Counted from the first letter of the whole stretch, positions 1 to 10,524 are shown. The stretch is DNA of 61,305 bases, filler included, from 3 parts of 3 records of this genome joined end to end with filler, not necessarily neighbours in it, one strand, 5' to 3'. Notes: generated by a model from the sequence alone, not told the origin. Translations and numbers: made by a program.

Positions 1-74
1 TTGATAACTTGAAACGTTTGTTGATAAAGTGGGAAAAAAATGACAACATTTCCTAGCCCAATCACAGCAAGGCT

Positions 75-1037
75 TTAGCGAAGATAGGCGTCATTTTCCA
101 GATTTAGGCCATTTAAAACCTCGTTGACCTGCATTCGGCGTTTCCCTGGAAGTTGTAACTCCAAAAGCGAAATATAACCTCCTTTCACCGCTATTTTCAA
201 TGATTTTTTCTCTACCAATATTTGCCCTGCGCTATGGTCGTGGTCTTCCTGAAGCTTTTCAGTTTTAAAGATTTTCATTTGGTCCTCTTTGCCATCGTTC
301 ACCAACATGGTCCAAGCGCCGGGATATGGACTCAATCCCCTAATATGGTTATAAATACTATCCAAGGACGCGTTCCAATCAATACGGCAAGTATCTTTAT
401 GGATTTTTGGAGCAGGTTTAAGAGTATTGCTTTCGTTCTGTGGTTGTCGGGTAGCCGTGCCAGCTTCAATCTGTTTGCAGGTTTCCACTACAAGGTCGGC
501 CCCAATCTCCATCAATCGGTCGTGCAAGTCGCCTACACTATCGGTGGGCAATATCTTTTCTGTTTTTTGAAGGACAATGTTTCCGGTGTCTATTTTTTCA
601 TCAATAAAAAAAGTGGTGACGCCCGTTTCGGTTTCTCCATTGATTATTGCCCAATTGATGGGTGCCGCACCGCGATACTGGGGCAGGAGCGAAGCATGAA
701 GATTAAAGGTCCCATACTCCGGCATTTGCCAAACAGTTTTGGGCAGCATTCTAAAAGCGACCACTACCTGCAAGTTGGCATCAAGTGCTTTCAATTCTTC
801 GAGAAAATCCTCGTCCTTTAAATTTGTGGGCTGCAATACCTTTAAGTTATGCTGTACCGCAAATTGTTTCACTGCCGATTCTTGGACCTTACGGCCACGG
901 CCAGCGGGCCTGTCGGGTGCGGTTATTACACCGACTACGTTAAAATCGGCTTCCAATATATTTTTTAAGGTTCCCACGGCAAAGTCGGGAGTGCCCATAA
1001 ATACAATGCGAAGTGGATTATTTTTTGATGTACTCAT
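75..1037 (-). CDS. fmt: Methionyl-tRNA formyltransferase
   Basis: RIVFMGTPDFA N-terminus, NLHASLLPQYRGAAPINWAI formyltransferase motif, APKI and C-terminal LQLPGKRRM. Confidence 0.97.
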   Translation of the reverse strand: MSTSKNNPLRIVFMGTPDFAVGTLKNILEADFNVVGVITAPDRPAGRGRKVQESAVKQFAVQHNLKVLQPTNLKDEDFLEELKALDANLQVVVAFRMLPKTVWQMPEYGTFNLHASLLPQYRGAAPINWAIINGETETGVTTFFIDEKIDTGNIVLQKTEKILPTDSVGDLHDRLMEIGADLVVETCKQIEAGTATRQPQNESNTLKPAPKIHKDTCRIDWNASLDSIYNHIRGLSPYPGAWTMLVNDGKEDQMKIFKTEKLQEDHDHSAGQILVEKKSLKIAVKGGYISLLELQLPGKRRMQVNEVLNGLNLENDAYLR

Positions 1038-2913
1038 TCTTAAAATTTAGGGAGACACGCTCATCTTCCAGCAGCCGCTCCAACGTTTTTAAAAGTTCTT
1101 TTTCCTTTGCTCCAATGGCCTTTTCGAGCTGTCGTGACGTATGGGGGCGAATTTCCAGGAGTTCCATGACCCTTTTCTCCAAATCATGGGGAGAAGTCAC
1201 TACTTTTTTCTTGGTGCAAATATCGCATGTGCCACACTTTTCCGCAGTCTTTTCTCCAAAATAATTCAATAGGTAAATGCTACGGCACAACTTTTTATTG
1301 GAAACATACCCCAACATGGCCGCCATGTTGTTCTGTTTTACCTGATTAAAATCTTTGATTTTCTTGGCGAACAGGTTTATGGTAAGGTCGTCTTCACGAG
1401 GTACCAAAAAAGTGATTTCTAGGTCAGATGTATTATTCACATATTCCGCAATCCTATCGTCTGCAAGTTGGTGCAATATCTTTTTTAAACGACCCTCGTT
1501 CACCTCTGTTTTTCGGGACAACATGTATAGATCGATTTTTGTCTCATATTCCGTAATGCCCCCATATGTGCGAAGAATGGTTTGGATGATGGAGGCCGTT
1601 TTCCTGTTTTTGTCCAAATAATTGAATATCTCATTTTTGGAAGCTATAAACTGAAGCGTGGTTTTCTCCTTAAAATTCTCAGCAAGCGACAGCACGGAAT
1701 TCTGATCAAGAATGCGAATGGCATTAAAGGTCATGTTCGGGTTGAACTCGTATCGCTTACAAAACTCATTGAACTTAAAGGACAAAGAATCGGAAACAAG
1801 CTCGCCGTAGGATATCTGAAAATAATTGTTGAGCTTGGAATAAACCTGTTTTACGAAAGTCACATCGGGCAGAGTGGATAGAAATTGCTGTTTGGCCTTA
1901 CCTTCATCTTCGTTGGAAGTGATGATGATTGCTGTTGATGGCTCCCCGTCACGTCCAGCTCTACCGGCTTCTTGGAAATAACTTTCCAAACTGTCGGGTA
2001 TTTGATAATGAACCACCAACCGAACATCCGGTTTGTCCACTCCCATTCCAAAAGCGTTGGTGGCCACCATCACCCTAACTTTGCCGCTTAACCAAAGGTT
2101 AAGTTTTTCTTCTTTATCGGATTTGGGAATCCCACCATGAAAAAATGATGCGGAAATGCTGTTTTTTATCAAAAAGTTGGCCAACGATATGGACATTTTT
2201 CTGGAACGCACATACACAATGGAGCTCCCGCCAATTTTCTCCATATACTTTTTGAGTTGGTATAGCTTATCCTCCGAACGTTTTACTTTAAAGTTAATGT
2301 TGGAACGGGAAAAGGAATCTTTGAATATGGAGACATCCTTCAACTCCAAATTCTCTACAATGTCCGCTACTACGCGCGGAGTTGCTGTTGCCGTTAGGGC
2401 TATAATGGGTGTGCCGGGAACCAGTTCTTTTAAAATGGAGCATTCAAGGTAGGCGGGCCTAAAATCGTTTCCCCATTGCGAAATACAATGGGCCTCGTCA
2501 ATAGCAATGAGGTTGATGTTCATTTGCTGAATGCGTTCCTGGACGATAGACTGCTGCAAGCGTTCGGGAGATAGATACAAAAATTTATAGTTGCCGTAGA
2601 CACAATTATCCAAAAGGTCGTTCAAGTCGTTGGGCGAGATACCTCCTGTTAACGCAATGGCCTTAATGCCCCTTTTTTTTAATTGGGATACTTGATCTTG
2701 GATTAATGCAACCAACGGTGAGACTACAATGCAAATACCGTCTTTGGCCAGTGCAGGTACCTGATAACAAATAGATTTTCCTCCTCCAGTGGGCATCAAT
2801 GCGAGAACATCTTGCCCAGAAAGAACGGTGTTGATGATTTGTTTTTGGGATCCCCTGAAATCATCATACCCCCAAAATCGTTTTAAAATGCTTGTGGTAT
2901 CCTTCTTATCCAC
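1018..2913 (-). CDS. recQ: RecQ-family ATP-dependent DNA helicase (no HRDC domain seen)
   Basis: MPTGGGKS, DEAHCISQWG, ATNAFGMGVDK and QEAGRAGRDG motifs; C-terminal Zn site CR...CGTCDIC; overlaps fmt. Confidence 0.93.
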   Translation of the reverse strand: MDKKDTTSILKRFWGYDDFRGSQKQIINTVLSGQDVLALMPTGGGKSICYQVPALAKDGICIVVSPLVALIQDQVSQLKKRGIKAIALTGGISPNDLNDLLDNCVYGNYKFLYLSPERLQQSIVQERIQQMNINLIAIDEAHCISQWGNDFRPAYLECSILKELVPGTPIIALTATATPRVVADIVENLELKDVSIFKDSFSRSNINFKVKRSEDKLYQLKKYMEKIGGSSIVYVRSRKMSISLANFLIKNSISASFFHGGIPKSDKEEKLNLWLSGKVRVMVATNAFGMGVDKPDVRLVVHYQIPDSLESYFQEAGRAGRDGEPSTAIIITSNEDEGKAKQQFLSTLPDVTFVKQVYSKLNNYFQISYGELVSDSLSFKFNEFCKRYEFNPNMTFNAIRILDQNSVLSLAENFKEKTTLQFIASKNEIFNYLDKNRKTASIIQTILRTYGGITEYETKIDLYMLSRKTEVNEGRLKKILHQLADDRIAEYVNNTSDLEITFLVPREDDLTINLFAKKIKDFNQVKQNNMAAMLGYVSNKKLCRSIYLLNYFGEKTAEKCGTCDICTKKKVVTSPHDLEKRVMELLEIRPHTSRQLEKAIGAKEKELLKTLERLLEDERVSLNFKNEYIKK

Positions 2914-3476
2914 TATAAATTTTTAAGTGTCTTCAAAATAAAATCAATCCGATTTGGGACATCATCTTTTGGCACTTCGATGGGGTTATAGCCAAATTGT
3001 GTATATGTTTTCATCAAGGAATCATGAATGCTCTCTGCTTCCTCAAAGGTTTCCATCCGTTCATTGTCGGAAACATAGATTTCTCTCCAAGGTGGAACAA
3101 TAAAAATGGAATCGTATCTGTGATTTTCGCAATGGGAAGTGAAAAAATGATCATACTCCTGTCCAAAAAAATCCATATACGCCAGTACATCGGGGATACC
3201 ACGGTCAAAAAAACTGATGGGGACATCTATCTGAAGTGACTCCCTGTAATGGGACGTTCTTCCTTCCAACAGATCTTTGTTGAACTGCAACGCATCATCC
3301 ACAAAAACCAAGGGATTGGAAATATAGTGTTCCGTTTGTCCCTCTTCTTTCGCTTTTGAGGTCATATCACGGATAATTTCATGAAAACAATGATAACCCA
3401 TGCTTTCCAATCCATTTACGATGGAAGTTTTACCGGTTCCCGGTGCTCCCGTGACAACTATTTTCTTCTTTCCCAA
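2913..3476 (-). CDS. AAA_28/NadR-like P-loop ATPase
   Basis: VVTGAPGTGKT Walker A and FFDRG motif; TTG start; abuts recQ. Confidence 0.8.
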   Translation of the reverse strand: MGKKKIVVTGAPGTGKTSIVNGLESMGYHCFHEIIRDMTSKAKEEGQTEHYISNPLVFVDDALQFNKDLLEGRTSHYRESLQIDVPISFFDRGIPDVLAYMDFFGQEYDHFFTSHCENHRYDSIFIVPPWREIYVSDNERMETFEEAESIHDSLMKTYTQFGYNPIEVPKDDVPNRIDFILKTLKNL

Positions 3477-3542
3477 AGACCTTGAATTTATGTTACAAAG
3501 TAATGAAATCGACTTAAGGAAAAAAAATTGATGGGTAAGCCA

Positions 3543-3550
3543 TATATTTG
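3543..3550 (+). promoter_or_regulatory. Bacteroidetes -7 promoter element TATATTTG
   Basis: Exact TAnnTTTG match 14 nt upstream of the 3565 ATG. Confidence 0.6.
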
Positions 3551-3564
3551 TATAAAATTGAGGT

Positions 3565-3852
3565 ATGGATAATAAGGATACAGAAGAGTTTTACGCAAAG
3601 CTGAAAGAAAAGTTACAGGAAAGTACCACTTGGCCATCCACATATCTCTATAAATTCATAGTTCCGACGGATGAGCAACGTATTTCGCAGATTCAAGATA
3701 TTTTTGACAATACCGGTGCCGTAATCGAATCAAAAAAATCGAAAAAAGGAACATATACCAGTTTATCCATTACTGTAGATCTGGAGGATCCGGATGCAGT
3801 AATCCAAAAATATAAAGAAGTTTCGGTTGTTGAAGGGGTTATTTCTTTGTAG
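3565..3852 (+). CDS. DUF493 (YbeD-like) protein
   Basis: WPSTYLYKFIV and SKKGTYTSLSI motifs; 95 aa. Confidence 0.85.
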   Translation: MDNKDTEEFYAKLKEKLQESTTWPSTYLYKFIVPTDEQRISQIQDIFDNTGAVIESKKSKKGTYTSLSITVDLEDPDAVIQKYKEVSVVEGVISL

Positions 3853-3933
3853 ACCCTTTATTTGCTATAATTTTATTACTTTGCGAACATTATCGGATTA
3901 CTTTCCAAGTATCAAATCTCTAAACACATTACT

Positions 3934-4584
3934 TTGAACGAAATATTTAATTTAGAATACAACACGGAACGTCCACACCTTTTTATCCCGGAGTACGGTC
4001 GTCATTTCCAAAAAATGGTAGATCATGCTGTGTCGATTGAAGACCGCGACGAACGTAACAGAGTGGCCAAATCCATTATCAGTGTAATGGGAAATTTACA
4101 ACCTCACTTTAGGGATGTTCCTGATTTCCAGCATAAACTTTGGGACCAATTGTTTATAATGGCCGATTTTAAATTGGATGTCGATTCCCCGTTTCCGATT
4201 ACGTCAAAAGAGGTTTTGCAACAACGCCCAGAACCATTGGATTACCCACAGAACCATCCAAAGTACCGTTTTTACGGGAACAACATCAAAAGAATGATAG
4301 ATGTTGCCGTAAGCTGGGACAAAGGTGATATGCGCTCTGGCTTGGAGTATGCCATTGCCAACCACATGAAAAAGTGCTACTTGGTTTGGAACAAGGACAC
4401 GGTGGAGGATAGCGTCATCTTTAATCACCTTAAGGAGCTTAGTGATGGACAGATTGATTTGGAAAAAAGCGACGAGAGCCTTACCGAAAGTGGGCAGTTT
4501 CTTAAAAATAAACCAAGCAGGTCCAACAATAACAACAATAACAGAGGAAAGAAAGGACAGAGAGGCCGTAAAAAAAGATATTAA
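3934..4584 (+). CDS. DUF4290 family protein
   Basis: LEYNTERPHLFIPEYGRHFQKMV and HKLWDQLFIM; basic tail; directly upstream of murA as is usual in Bacteroidetes. Confidence 0.85.
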   Translation: MNEIFNLEYNTERPHLFIPEYGRHFQKMVDHAVSIEDRDERNRVAKSIISVMGNLQPHFRDVPDFQHKLWDQLFIMADFKLDVDSPFPITSKEVLQQRPEPLDYPQNHPKYRFYGNNIKRMIDVAVSWDKGDMRSGLEYAIANHMKKCYLVWNKDTVEDSVIFNHLKELSDGQIDLEKSDESLTESGQFLKNKPSRSNNNNNNRGKKGQRGRKKRY

Positions 4585-4599
4585 ACTCCAAAGGAATAC

Positions 4600-5907
4600 A
4601 TGGGTACATTTCGAATAGAGGGTGGACACCAATTGCACGGTGAAATTACACCCCAAGGGGCAAAGAACGAGGCACTACAGATTCTTTGCGCTGTATTGCT
4701 TTCAGAAGAAAAAATCACCATAAATAACATACCCGACATCGTAGATGTCAATAAGTTGATTGCCCTTCTAGAGGATTTGGGAGTAAAAATCCAGAAGAAA
4801 GGCAAGGGGTCTTACACCTTTAAGGCAGATGATGTAAACCTGGATTATCTGCAATCCGCCAAATTCAAAGAAGATGGAAGAGGGCTTCGTGGTTCCATTA
4901 TGTTAGTGGGTCCACTATTGGCAAGATTTGGAAAAGGATATATTCCAAAACCTGGCGGAGATAAAATAGGAAGAAGGCGATTGGATACCCACTTTGAAGG
5001 TTTCATTAAACTGGGAGCACAGTTCCGTTACAATAAAGAAGACCATTTTTATGGGGTAGAAGCTGATAAACTAAAGGGAACCTATATGCTTTTGGACGAA
5101 GCATCGGTTACTGGAACGGCAAATATTGTAATGGCCGCGGTTTTGGCCAAAGGCACAACTACTATCTACAATGCGGCTTGCGAGCCTTATCTACAGCAAT
5201 TGTGCAAAATGCTTAACCGCATGGGAGCAAAGATCTCTGGTATCGGTTCCAACTTGTTGACCATTGAAGGTGTGGATGCCTTAGGAGGTACCGAGCATAC
5301 CATGTTGCCCGATATGATTGAAATTGGCAGCTGGATCGGTCTAGCGGCAATGACCCAAAGCGAACTCACCATTAAGAATGTGAGTTGGGATGATTTAGGA
5401 GTGATTCCAAACGTGTTCCGTAAGTTGGGAATAACCGTGGAAAGAAAGGGTGATGACATATTTATCCCAAAGCATGAAGACGGTTACGAGATCCAGAATT
5501 TTATTGATGGGTCCATTCTGACCATTGCAGATGCTCCTTGGCCTGGACTTACCCCAGATTTGTTGAGCATCATTTTGGTTGTGGCAACACAGGCCAAAGG
5601 AGAAGTGCTCATCCATCAAAAAATGTTCGAGAGCCGTTTGTTCTTTGTGGATAAGTTAATCGATATGGGAGCAAAAATCATTCTTTGCGACCCACACCGC
5701 GCCACGGTCATTGGGCATGATTTCAAATCCACATTAAAGTCCACCACCATGGTATCTCCCGATATTAGAGCAGGGGTTTCCCTTTTGATTGCGGCATTGT
5801 CCGCCAAAGGGACTTCCACTATCCATAATATCGAACAAATAGATCGTGGTTACGAAAACATCGATGAGCGCTTGCGTGCTATCGGGGCCAATATAGTGAG
5901 GGTTTAA
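4600..5907 (+). CDS. murA: UDP-N-acetylglucosamine 1-carboxyvinyltransferase
   Basis: GAKN, LRGS, PGGDKIGRR loop, ASVTGTAN, DIRAG and IDRGYE motifs. Confidence 0.97.
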   Translation: MGTFRIEGGHQLHGEITPQGAKNEALQILCAVLLSEEKITINNIPDIVDVNKLIALLEDLGVKIQKKGKGSYTFKADDVNLDYLQSAKFKEDGRGLRGSIMLVGPLLARFGKGYIPKPGGDKIGRRRLDTHFEGFIKLGAQFRYNKEDHFYGVEADKLKGTYMLLDEASVTGTANIVMAAVLAKGTTTIYNAACEPYLQQLCKMLNRMGAKISGIGSNLLTIEGVDALGGTEHTMLPDMIEIGSWIGLAAMTQSELTIKNVSWDDLGVIPNVFRKLGITVERKGDDIFIPKHEDGYEIQNFIDGSILTIADAPWPGLTPDLLSIILVVATQAKGEVLIHQKMFESRLFFVDKLIDMGAKIILCDPHRATVIGHDFKSTLKSTTMVSPDIRAGVSLLIAALSAKGTSTIHNIEQIDRGYENIDERLRAIGANIVRV

Positions 5908-5913
5908 TTCTAA

Positions 5914-6918
5914 TCACTTCTCGATTAATTTTCCATCAGGATAAAGTGCGAACCGGCCACGGTCTTTATCGTGCACGTTATCAGGATGTGGCCATGGCCA
6001 TCCACCAAATTGTGTAAGGCGGTATTCCTCCATTACTTTTTGAATTTCTTCTTGTGTGTTCATCACGAAAGGACCGTATTTGGCAACGGGTTCTCCGATG
6101 GGTTTTCCTTGCAGAATCATAAAATGCGCTGTTTCAGAACCTATTTTGATGTTGACATCTTGCGTTGGGTCCAGAACAATTCCAAAATTTGGATTGATTT
6201 TTTTGTCATCGATATAAATTTCATCACCTTCATAAAAATAGAGCACACGGTTTACTTCAGAAGAATTTGCCTTTGGCAGCGTATATTCTGAATCCGCATC
6301 CACATGAATGTTCCAAACCGCTACTTCGTTTTCGGGATTGGCTGCCCATGAATCCGGTGCGGGGTCAATTGGATTCACATTTTTGTAGCTGCCTGCAACT
6401 ACTTTTATTTTCGCATTTTCTTCTTCAATAATCGGAATATCCTCGTTCCATAGCATTTTAAAGTGTGGATCCACAAACTTTCCGGCTTTGGGAAGGTTCA
6501 ACCAGATCTGAAAAAGTTCCAACGTGTTTTCCTCATCATCTTTTAACAATGGAAACATTTCTGAATGTTGTACGCCTCTTCCTGCTGTCATCCATTGTAC
6601 ATCGCCCTTACCAAATCTACCGGCCGCACCAAGGGAATCGGAATGGTCACAAAACCCCTTGTTGACGATGGTAATCGTTTCAAAACCACAATGTGGATGG
6701 AAAGGGAACCCAGGAATCGTCTGACCGTGGTACATACGCCATTTGGCATTGGGGTTAAAATCACTACCTAGATTTCGCCCTTTCAGCAAAGATTCATCTG
6801 GTCCCATATCTCCGTTTCCTTTTGGAAAACGGTCCAAATGGTACACACTGAACAAAAAAGGGTCAAGGGTTTGCCAAGGGGAGCTTAACGGAAAGGTTTG
6901 AATAATAGGATTTTTCAT
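5914..6918 (-). CDS. Pirin family protein
   Basis: HPHxGFETIT, QWMTAGRGVQHSEM, FQIWLNLP and GPFVMNTQEEI motifs. Confidence 0.92.
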   Translation of the reverse strand: MKNPIIQTFPLSSPWQTLDPFLFSVYHLDRFPKGNGDMGPDESLLKGRNLGSDFNPNAKWRMYHGQTIPGFPFHPHCGFETITIVNKGFCDHSDSLGAAGRFGKGDVQWMTAGRGVQHSEMFPLLKDDEENTLELFQIWLNLPKAGKFVDPHFKMLWNEDIPIIEEENAKIKVVAGSYKNVNPIDPAPDSWAANPENEVAVWNIHVDADSEYTLPKANSSEVNRVLYFYEGDEIYIDDKKINPNFGIVLDPTQDVNIKIGSETAHFMILQGKPIGEPVAKYGPFVMNTQEEIQKVMEEYRLTQFGGWPWPHPDNVHDKDRGRFALYPDGKLIEK

Positions 6919-6945
6919 AGCGTAATGTTTAATTTTTCAAGATTA

Positions 6946-6970
6946 AAAAGCCTGCGAAGGGCAGGCTTTT
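6946..6970. terminator. Intrinsic terminator hairpin after the amidohydrolase gene
   Basis: AAAAGCCTGC-GAAGG-GCAGGCTTTT perfect inverted repeat with A/T tails. Confidence 0.8.
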
Positions 6971-6989
6971 CAATCAAATTGTAATTTAA

Positions 6990-8417
6990 TTATTTACCAG
7001 GGATAGGTGGTGGACCATCTATCATGGCCTCATATTTTACATCACCTTTTCTGGTTTTGTATTCTTCTTTTACTTTTTCTACCAATTTGGGGTCATCAAA
7101 AAGGTCCAGCATGGTCATACCCATTGCTTTGGATGCATAGATCATTCCTTTGTGCCCAATGCTCATTCCACCGCAGGCTACTACGGCCCAAGAGTGCCAT
7201 GGCGTATCTTTTGGAGCCACAGTAACACCGAGATTAATGTTCGGTACATTCCAGCTTACATCGCCCACATCAGTAGAGCCACCACCTGGCAGTTCCTGTG
7301 TTTCTTTCAAGGGATGGACTTCCCCGTCCATGCCCACTTGTGGCTTTCCAGTAGCTTCTTGAATGGCTTTACCATAGGTAATCTCTTCTTCGGTGTAAGT
7401 GATCGGGCCTAAAAGCTGCAAATTGTTCTGCATGATTTTACCGCCTTCACGGTTGACCAATGTTTCGTAGATACCAGAAATCAAAGAATATTTGTACTCG
7501 ACATTGGCCATGATGGCAGCACCTTCGGCCATTGCCTTAACACGCTCAAAAGTGGGAAGCATTACATCTCTCTTTGGATCACGAACACGTACCCATAACC
7601 TTGAGTAGTCGGGAACCACGTTTACCACTTGTCCGCCATCTTGGATGTGGTAGTGGATGCGGGATGTGGGTTTAATGTGCTCTCTGTAGTAATTGATTCC
7701 TGTCGTATATAATTCTAGGGCATCGGAGGCACTACGACCATTCCATGGGTCTGCGGAAGCGTGAGCGGCTTGTCCATAAAATTCTACCATAAAATCAACC
7801 AAAGCCAAACCACTCTGTACATCGGCTTCGATTTCAGCTGATGGGTGCCAGCTTACATTAACATCAACATCGTCCCAAAGGCCGGCCTCTACCATCCAAA
7901 CTTTTCCGAAGAATTTTTCCTCGGCGGGTGTTCCAAAGAATTTTACAGTTCCTTTGATTGTCCCCGCTTCAATTTGTTCTTTAATGGCGATGGCCGCTCC
8001 TAAACTTGCGGCACCGAACATGTTATGTCCACAGCCATGACCGGGTTCACCTTCGATTCTTGGGTCTTTGGTGGGGACGGTATTTTGTGAAAGGCCTGGA
8101 AGTGCATCAAACTCACCCAAGACACTGATTACGGGAGACCCCGAACCATAAGTCGCTATAAAAGCGGTCGGGATATTGGCCACGCCACGGGTAACAGTCA
8201 TTCCATTTTCTTCGGCATAATCGGCAAGCAATTCGGCAGAAATGGATTCTTCAAAAGCAGTTTCGGCCAAAGCCCAAATGGAATCGCTGATTTTGATAAG
8301 GTTTTCTTTGTGTTTTTCTACGGAAGCAACAATGGCTTTTTTGTCCTTGGACATCTTTTGGGCCGCTAGGTTAATCGACACCAATCCCAAAAGGAGTAAG
8401 GTTGAAAGTTTCTTCAT
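6990..8417 (-). CDS. M20 amidohydrolase (AbgB-like) with signal peptide
   Basis: GEFDALPG, GHGCGHN, GTPAEE, GSTDVGDVSW and PWHSW motifs; N-terminal Sec signal. Confidence 0.88.
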   Translation of the reverse strand: MKKLSTLLLLGLVSINLAAQKMSKDKKAIVASVEKHKENLIKISDSIWALAETAFEESISAELLADYAEENGMTVTRGVANIPTAFIATYGSGSPVISVLGEFDALPGLSQNTVPTKDPRIEGEPGHGCGHNMFGAASLGAAIAIKEQIEAGTIKGTVKFFGTPAEEKFFGKVWMVEAGLWDDVDVNVSWHPSAEIEADVQSGLALVDFMVEFYGQAAHASADPWNGRSASDALELYTTGINYYREHIKPTSRIHYHIQDGGQVVNVVPDYSRLWVRVRDPKRDVMLPTFERVKAMAEGAAIMANVEYKYSLISGIYETLVNREGGKIMQNNLQLLGPITYTEEEITYGKAIQEATGKPQVGMDGEVHPLKETQELPGGGSTDVGDVSWNVPNINLGVTVAPKDTPWHSWAVVACGGMSIGHKGMIYASKAMGMTMLDLFDDPKLVEKVKEEYKTRKGDVKYEAMIDGPPPIPGK

Positions 8418-8517
8418 TTTAAAGGTTTTGAGTTAGTTATGTTCCGTTGATTTGATTTAGTTTTTTTGAGATAAAACAAAATCGTCCCAACAGAGAACTA
8501 AAATTAAAGAAAAAGCT

Positions 8518-9831
8518 TCAACTTACCGCTTCTTTATATGTTTTTAAGCATTGCTCGCGGGCTGTTTTATGATCAACAATAGGGTCGGGATAATTCATTT
8601 CTTGAAGGTCTGGCACCCACTTATTGATGTATTTTTTGTCCTTATCGAATTTCTTTATCTGTGTGGTAGGATTGAATATTCGGAAATAGGGTGCAGCATC
8701 TACACCGCTGCCTGCGGCCCATTGCCAGTTGCCCACATTGCTGGCCATTTCATAATCGAGGAGTTTGTCGGCAAAATAGGCTTCGCCCCACCGCCAATCG
8801 ATTAAAAGATGTTTGCAGAGAAAACTTGCCACCAGCATACGTACCCGATTATGCATATAACCGGTTTTATTCAGCTCGCGCATTCCTGCATCTACCAAAG
8901 GATAGCCTGTTTTTCCATTTTTCCATTTTTCGAATTCATCCTCGTTGTTTCGCCATTCAATTCTATCGTATTTGGCTCGGAACGCTTCGTTTACGGTATG
9001 TGGAAAGTGCCACAGAATCTGCATAAAAAACTCTCTCCAAATCAGTTCGTTCCAAAAGGTCTCATTCTTTTCATCAATGGCTTTTTTGACCATTTTTCGG
9101 ATGGAAACCGTTCCAAACCGCAAGTGTGGGCCCAATCGGGAAGTTCCTTTTTCTTTGGCGGGGTAGTCCCGTGTGTCTTCATATTTCTGAATCAAATCGG
9201 AAGTGACGGTAAAATCGGGAACTTTTATGGATGACTCCTCAAACCCCATATCTTTCAGCGAAAGTTTTGGTAGATTTTTGGATGGATACAAGTTTTTACC
9301 AAGGTCACTCAATGTATCATACTCGACAAGATGAATAGACGGATTAAAATTTTCCTTCCATTTTTTCATGAATGGCGTATACACCACGTAAGGATCTCCA
9401 TCGTCCTTCACCACTTCATCTTTTTCAAAAATCACTTGGTCCTTGAAAGTCTTGAACTCCACTTTATTTTCTTCCAAAAATGATTTTATCTCACCATCAC
9501 GTTTTTTGGCATATGGCTCGTAATCATGGTTGGTGTAGACGGCTTCAATCTTATAGTCTTTCAATACTTGCTTGAAGACCTTTTTTGGGGTGTCGTAAAA
9601 CTGGGCAATTCCGCTATCATGGTTGGCACCTAACTGATTATTTAATTTTTGCAGTTGTTCATGGATAAAGGTTACCCTAGCATCATTTTTTGGGAGATTT
9701 TCCAGTATTTCGGTATCAAAAATGAATATTGGCAAAACGGGAACATCATCTTGAAGAGCTTGATATAGTCCAACGTTATCATCCAGACGCAAATCACGCC
9801 TAAACCAAAAAATATTGATTTTATCCTTCAT
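8518..9831 (-). CDS. phrB: Deoxyribodipyrimidine photolyase (class I CPD)
   Basis: WFRRDLRLDDN, WREFF, GYMHNRVRM, NVGNWQWAAG and YFRIFNP motifs. Start reassigned to MKDKINIF (9831), giving an ATGA overlap with the SDR gene. Confidence 0.92.
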   Translation of the reverse strand: MKDKINIFWFRRDLRLDDNVGLYQALQDDVPVLPIFIFDTEILENLPKNDARVTFIHEQLQKLNNQLGANHDSGIAQFYDTPKKVFKQVLKDYKIEAVYTNHDYEPYAKKRDGEIKSFLEENKVEFKTFKDQVIFEKDEVVKDDGDPYVVYTPFMKKWKENFNPSIHLVEYDTLSDLGKNLYPSKNLPKLSLKDMGFEESSIKVPDFTVTSDLIQKYEDTRDYPAKEKGTSRLGPHLRFGTVSIRKMVKKAIDEKNETFWNELIWREFFMQILWHFPHTVNEAFRAKYDRIEWRNNEDEFEKWKNGKTGYPLVDAGMRELNKTGYMHNRVRMLVASFLCKHLLIDWRWGEAYFADKLLDYEMASNVGNWQWAAGSGVDAAPYFRIFNPTTQIKKFDKDKKYINKWVPDLQEMNYPDPIVDHKTAREQCLKTYKEAVS

Positions 9832-10523
9832 GAATTCACGTTTAAGCTGGACACTCCACCATCGACCCCAATAACCTGCCCTGTAATCCATGAATTATCG
9901 GAACTCAACAAAAAGGTGGCCATATTGGCTATATCCACTGCGTTGCCGACTCTTTTCATGGGGTGTCTTTCGGACATCATCTCTTTTTTCTTATCATTGT
10001 TCAGCAGTCGTTCCGATAGGGGAGTGTCCACTAAAGATGGAGCAATAACATTCACTCTAATTTTAGGAGCATATTCCGCCGCCAAGGCTCGGGCAAAACC
10101 TTCGATAGCTCCTTTAGCCGCCGATACACTGGTGTGGAAGGGCATTCCTGTCGCCACGGCCACAGTACTGAAAAAAACCATGCTAGAACCTTCGTTCATT
10201 CTATTGATGATGGATTTGACCGTTCTGGCCAAAGCAATGAAATTAATTTCCATATCATTTTGAATGGTGTCGATTCCCATTGTTTTAAAAGGTTTCAGGT
10301 TGATGCTTCCGGGACAGTACACAAAACCGTCCAGTGTTTCAGGAATGGCTTTATCGCTAATGTCCTCATTTAGGGCATCAAAAGGGATGTGGGTGGCGTC
10401 AATGTTTGAAAGGTGTTCGTTACTTCTACTGGCAATGAATACTTCATTCTCTTTGGAAAGCATTTTTGCCATTTCCAAACCTATGCCATAAGAGCCACCG
10501 ATCAATAATATATTCTTTTTCAT
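9828..10523 (-). CDS. Short-chain dehydrogenase/reductase with atypical catalytic motif
   Basis: IGGSYGIG Rossmann motif, RVNVIAP and ITGQVIGVDGG; VSAAK occupies the YxxxK position. Confidence 0.88.
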   Translation of the reverse strand: MKKNILLIGGSYGIGLEMAKMLSKENEVFIASRSNEHLSNIDATHIPFDALNEDISDKAIPETLDGFVYCPGSINLKPFKTMGIDTIQNDMEINFIALARTVKSIINRMNEGSSMVFFSTVAVATGMPFHTSVSAAKGAIEGFARALAAEYAPKIRVNVIAPSLVDTPLSERLLNNDKKKEMMSERHPMKRVGNAVDIANMATFLLSSDNSWITGQVIGVDGGVSSLNVNS

Positions 10524-10524
10524 G

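Noticed and set aside
1..30. TTGATAAC and TGTTGATAA resembling DnaA boxes or oriC
   Set aside because: Only one complete, mismatched box at the window edge; no origin context is visible.
4525..4545. AAC/AAT run in the DUF4290 gene as a phase-variable repeat
   Set aside because: It is an in-frame, mixed-codon poly-Asn in a disordered tail.
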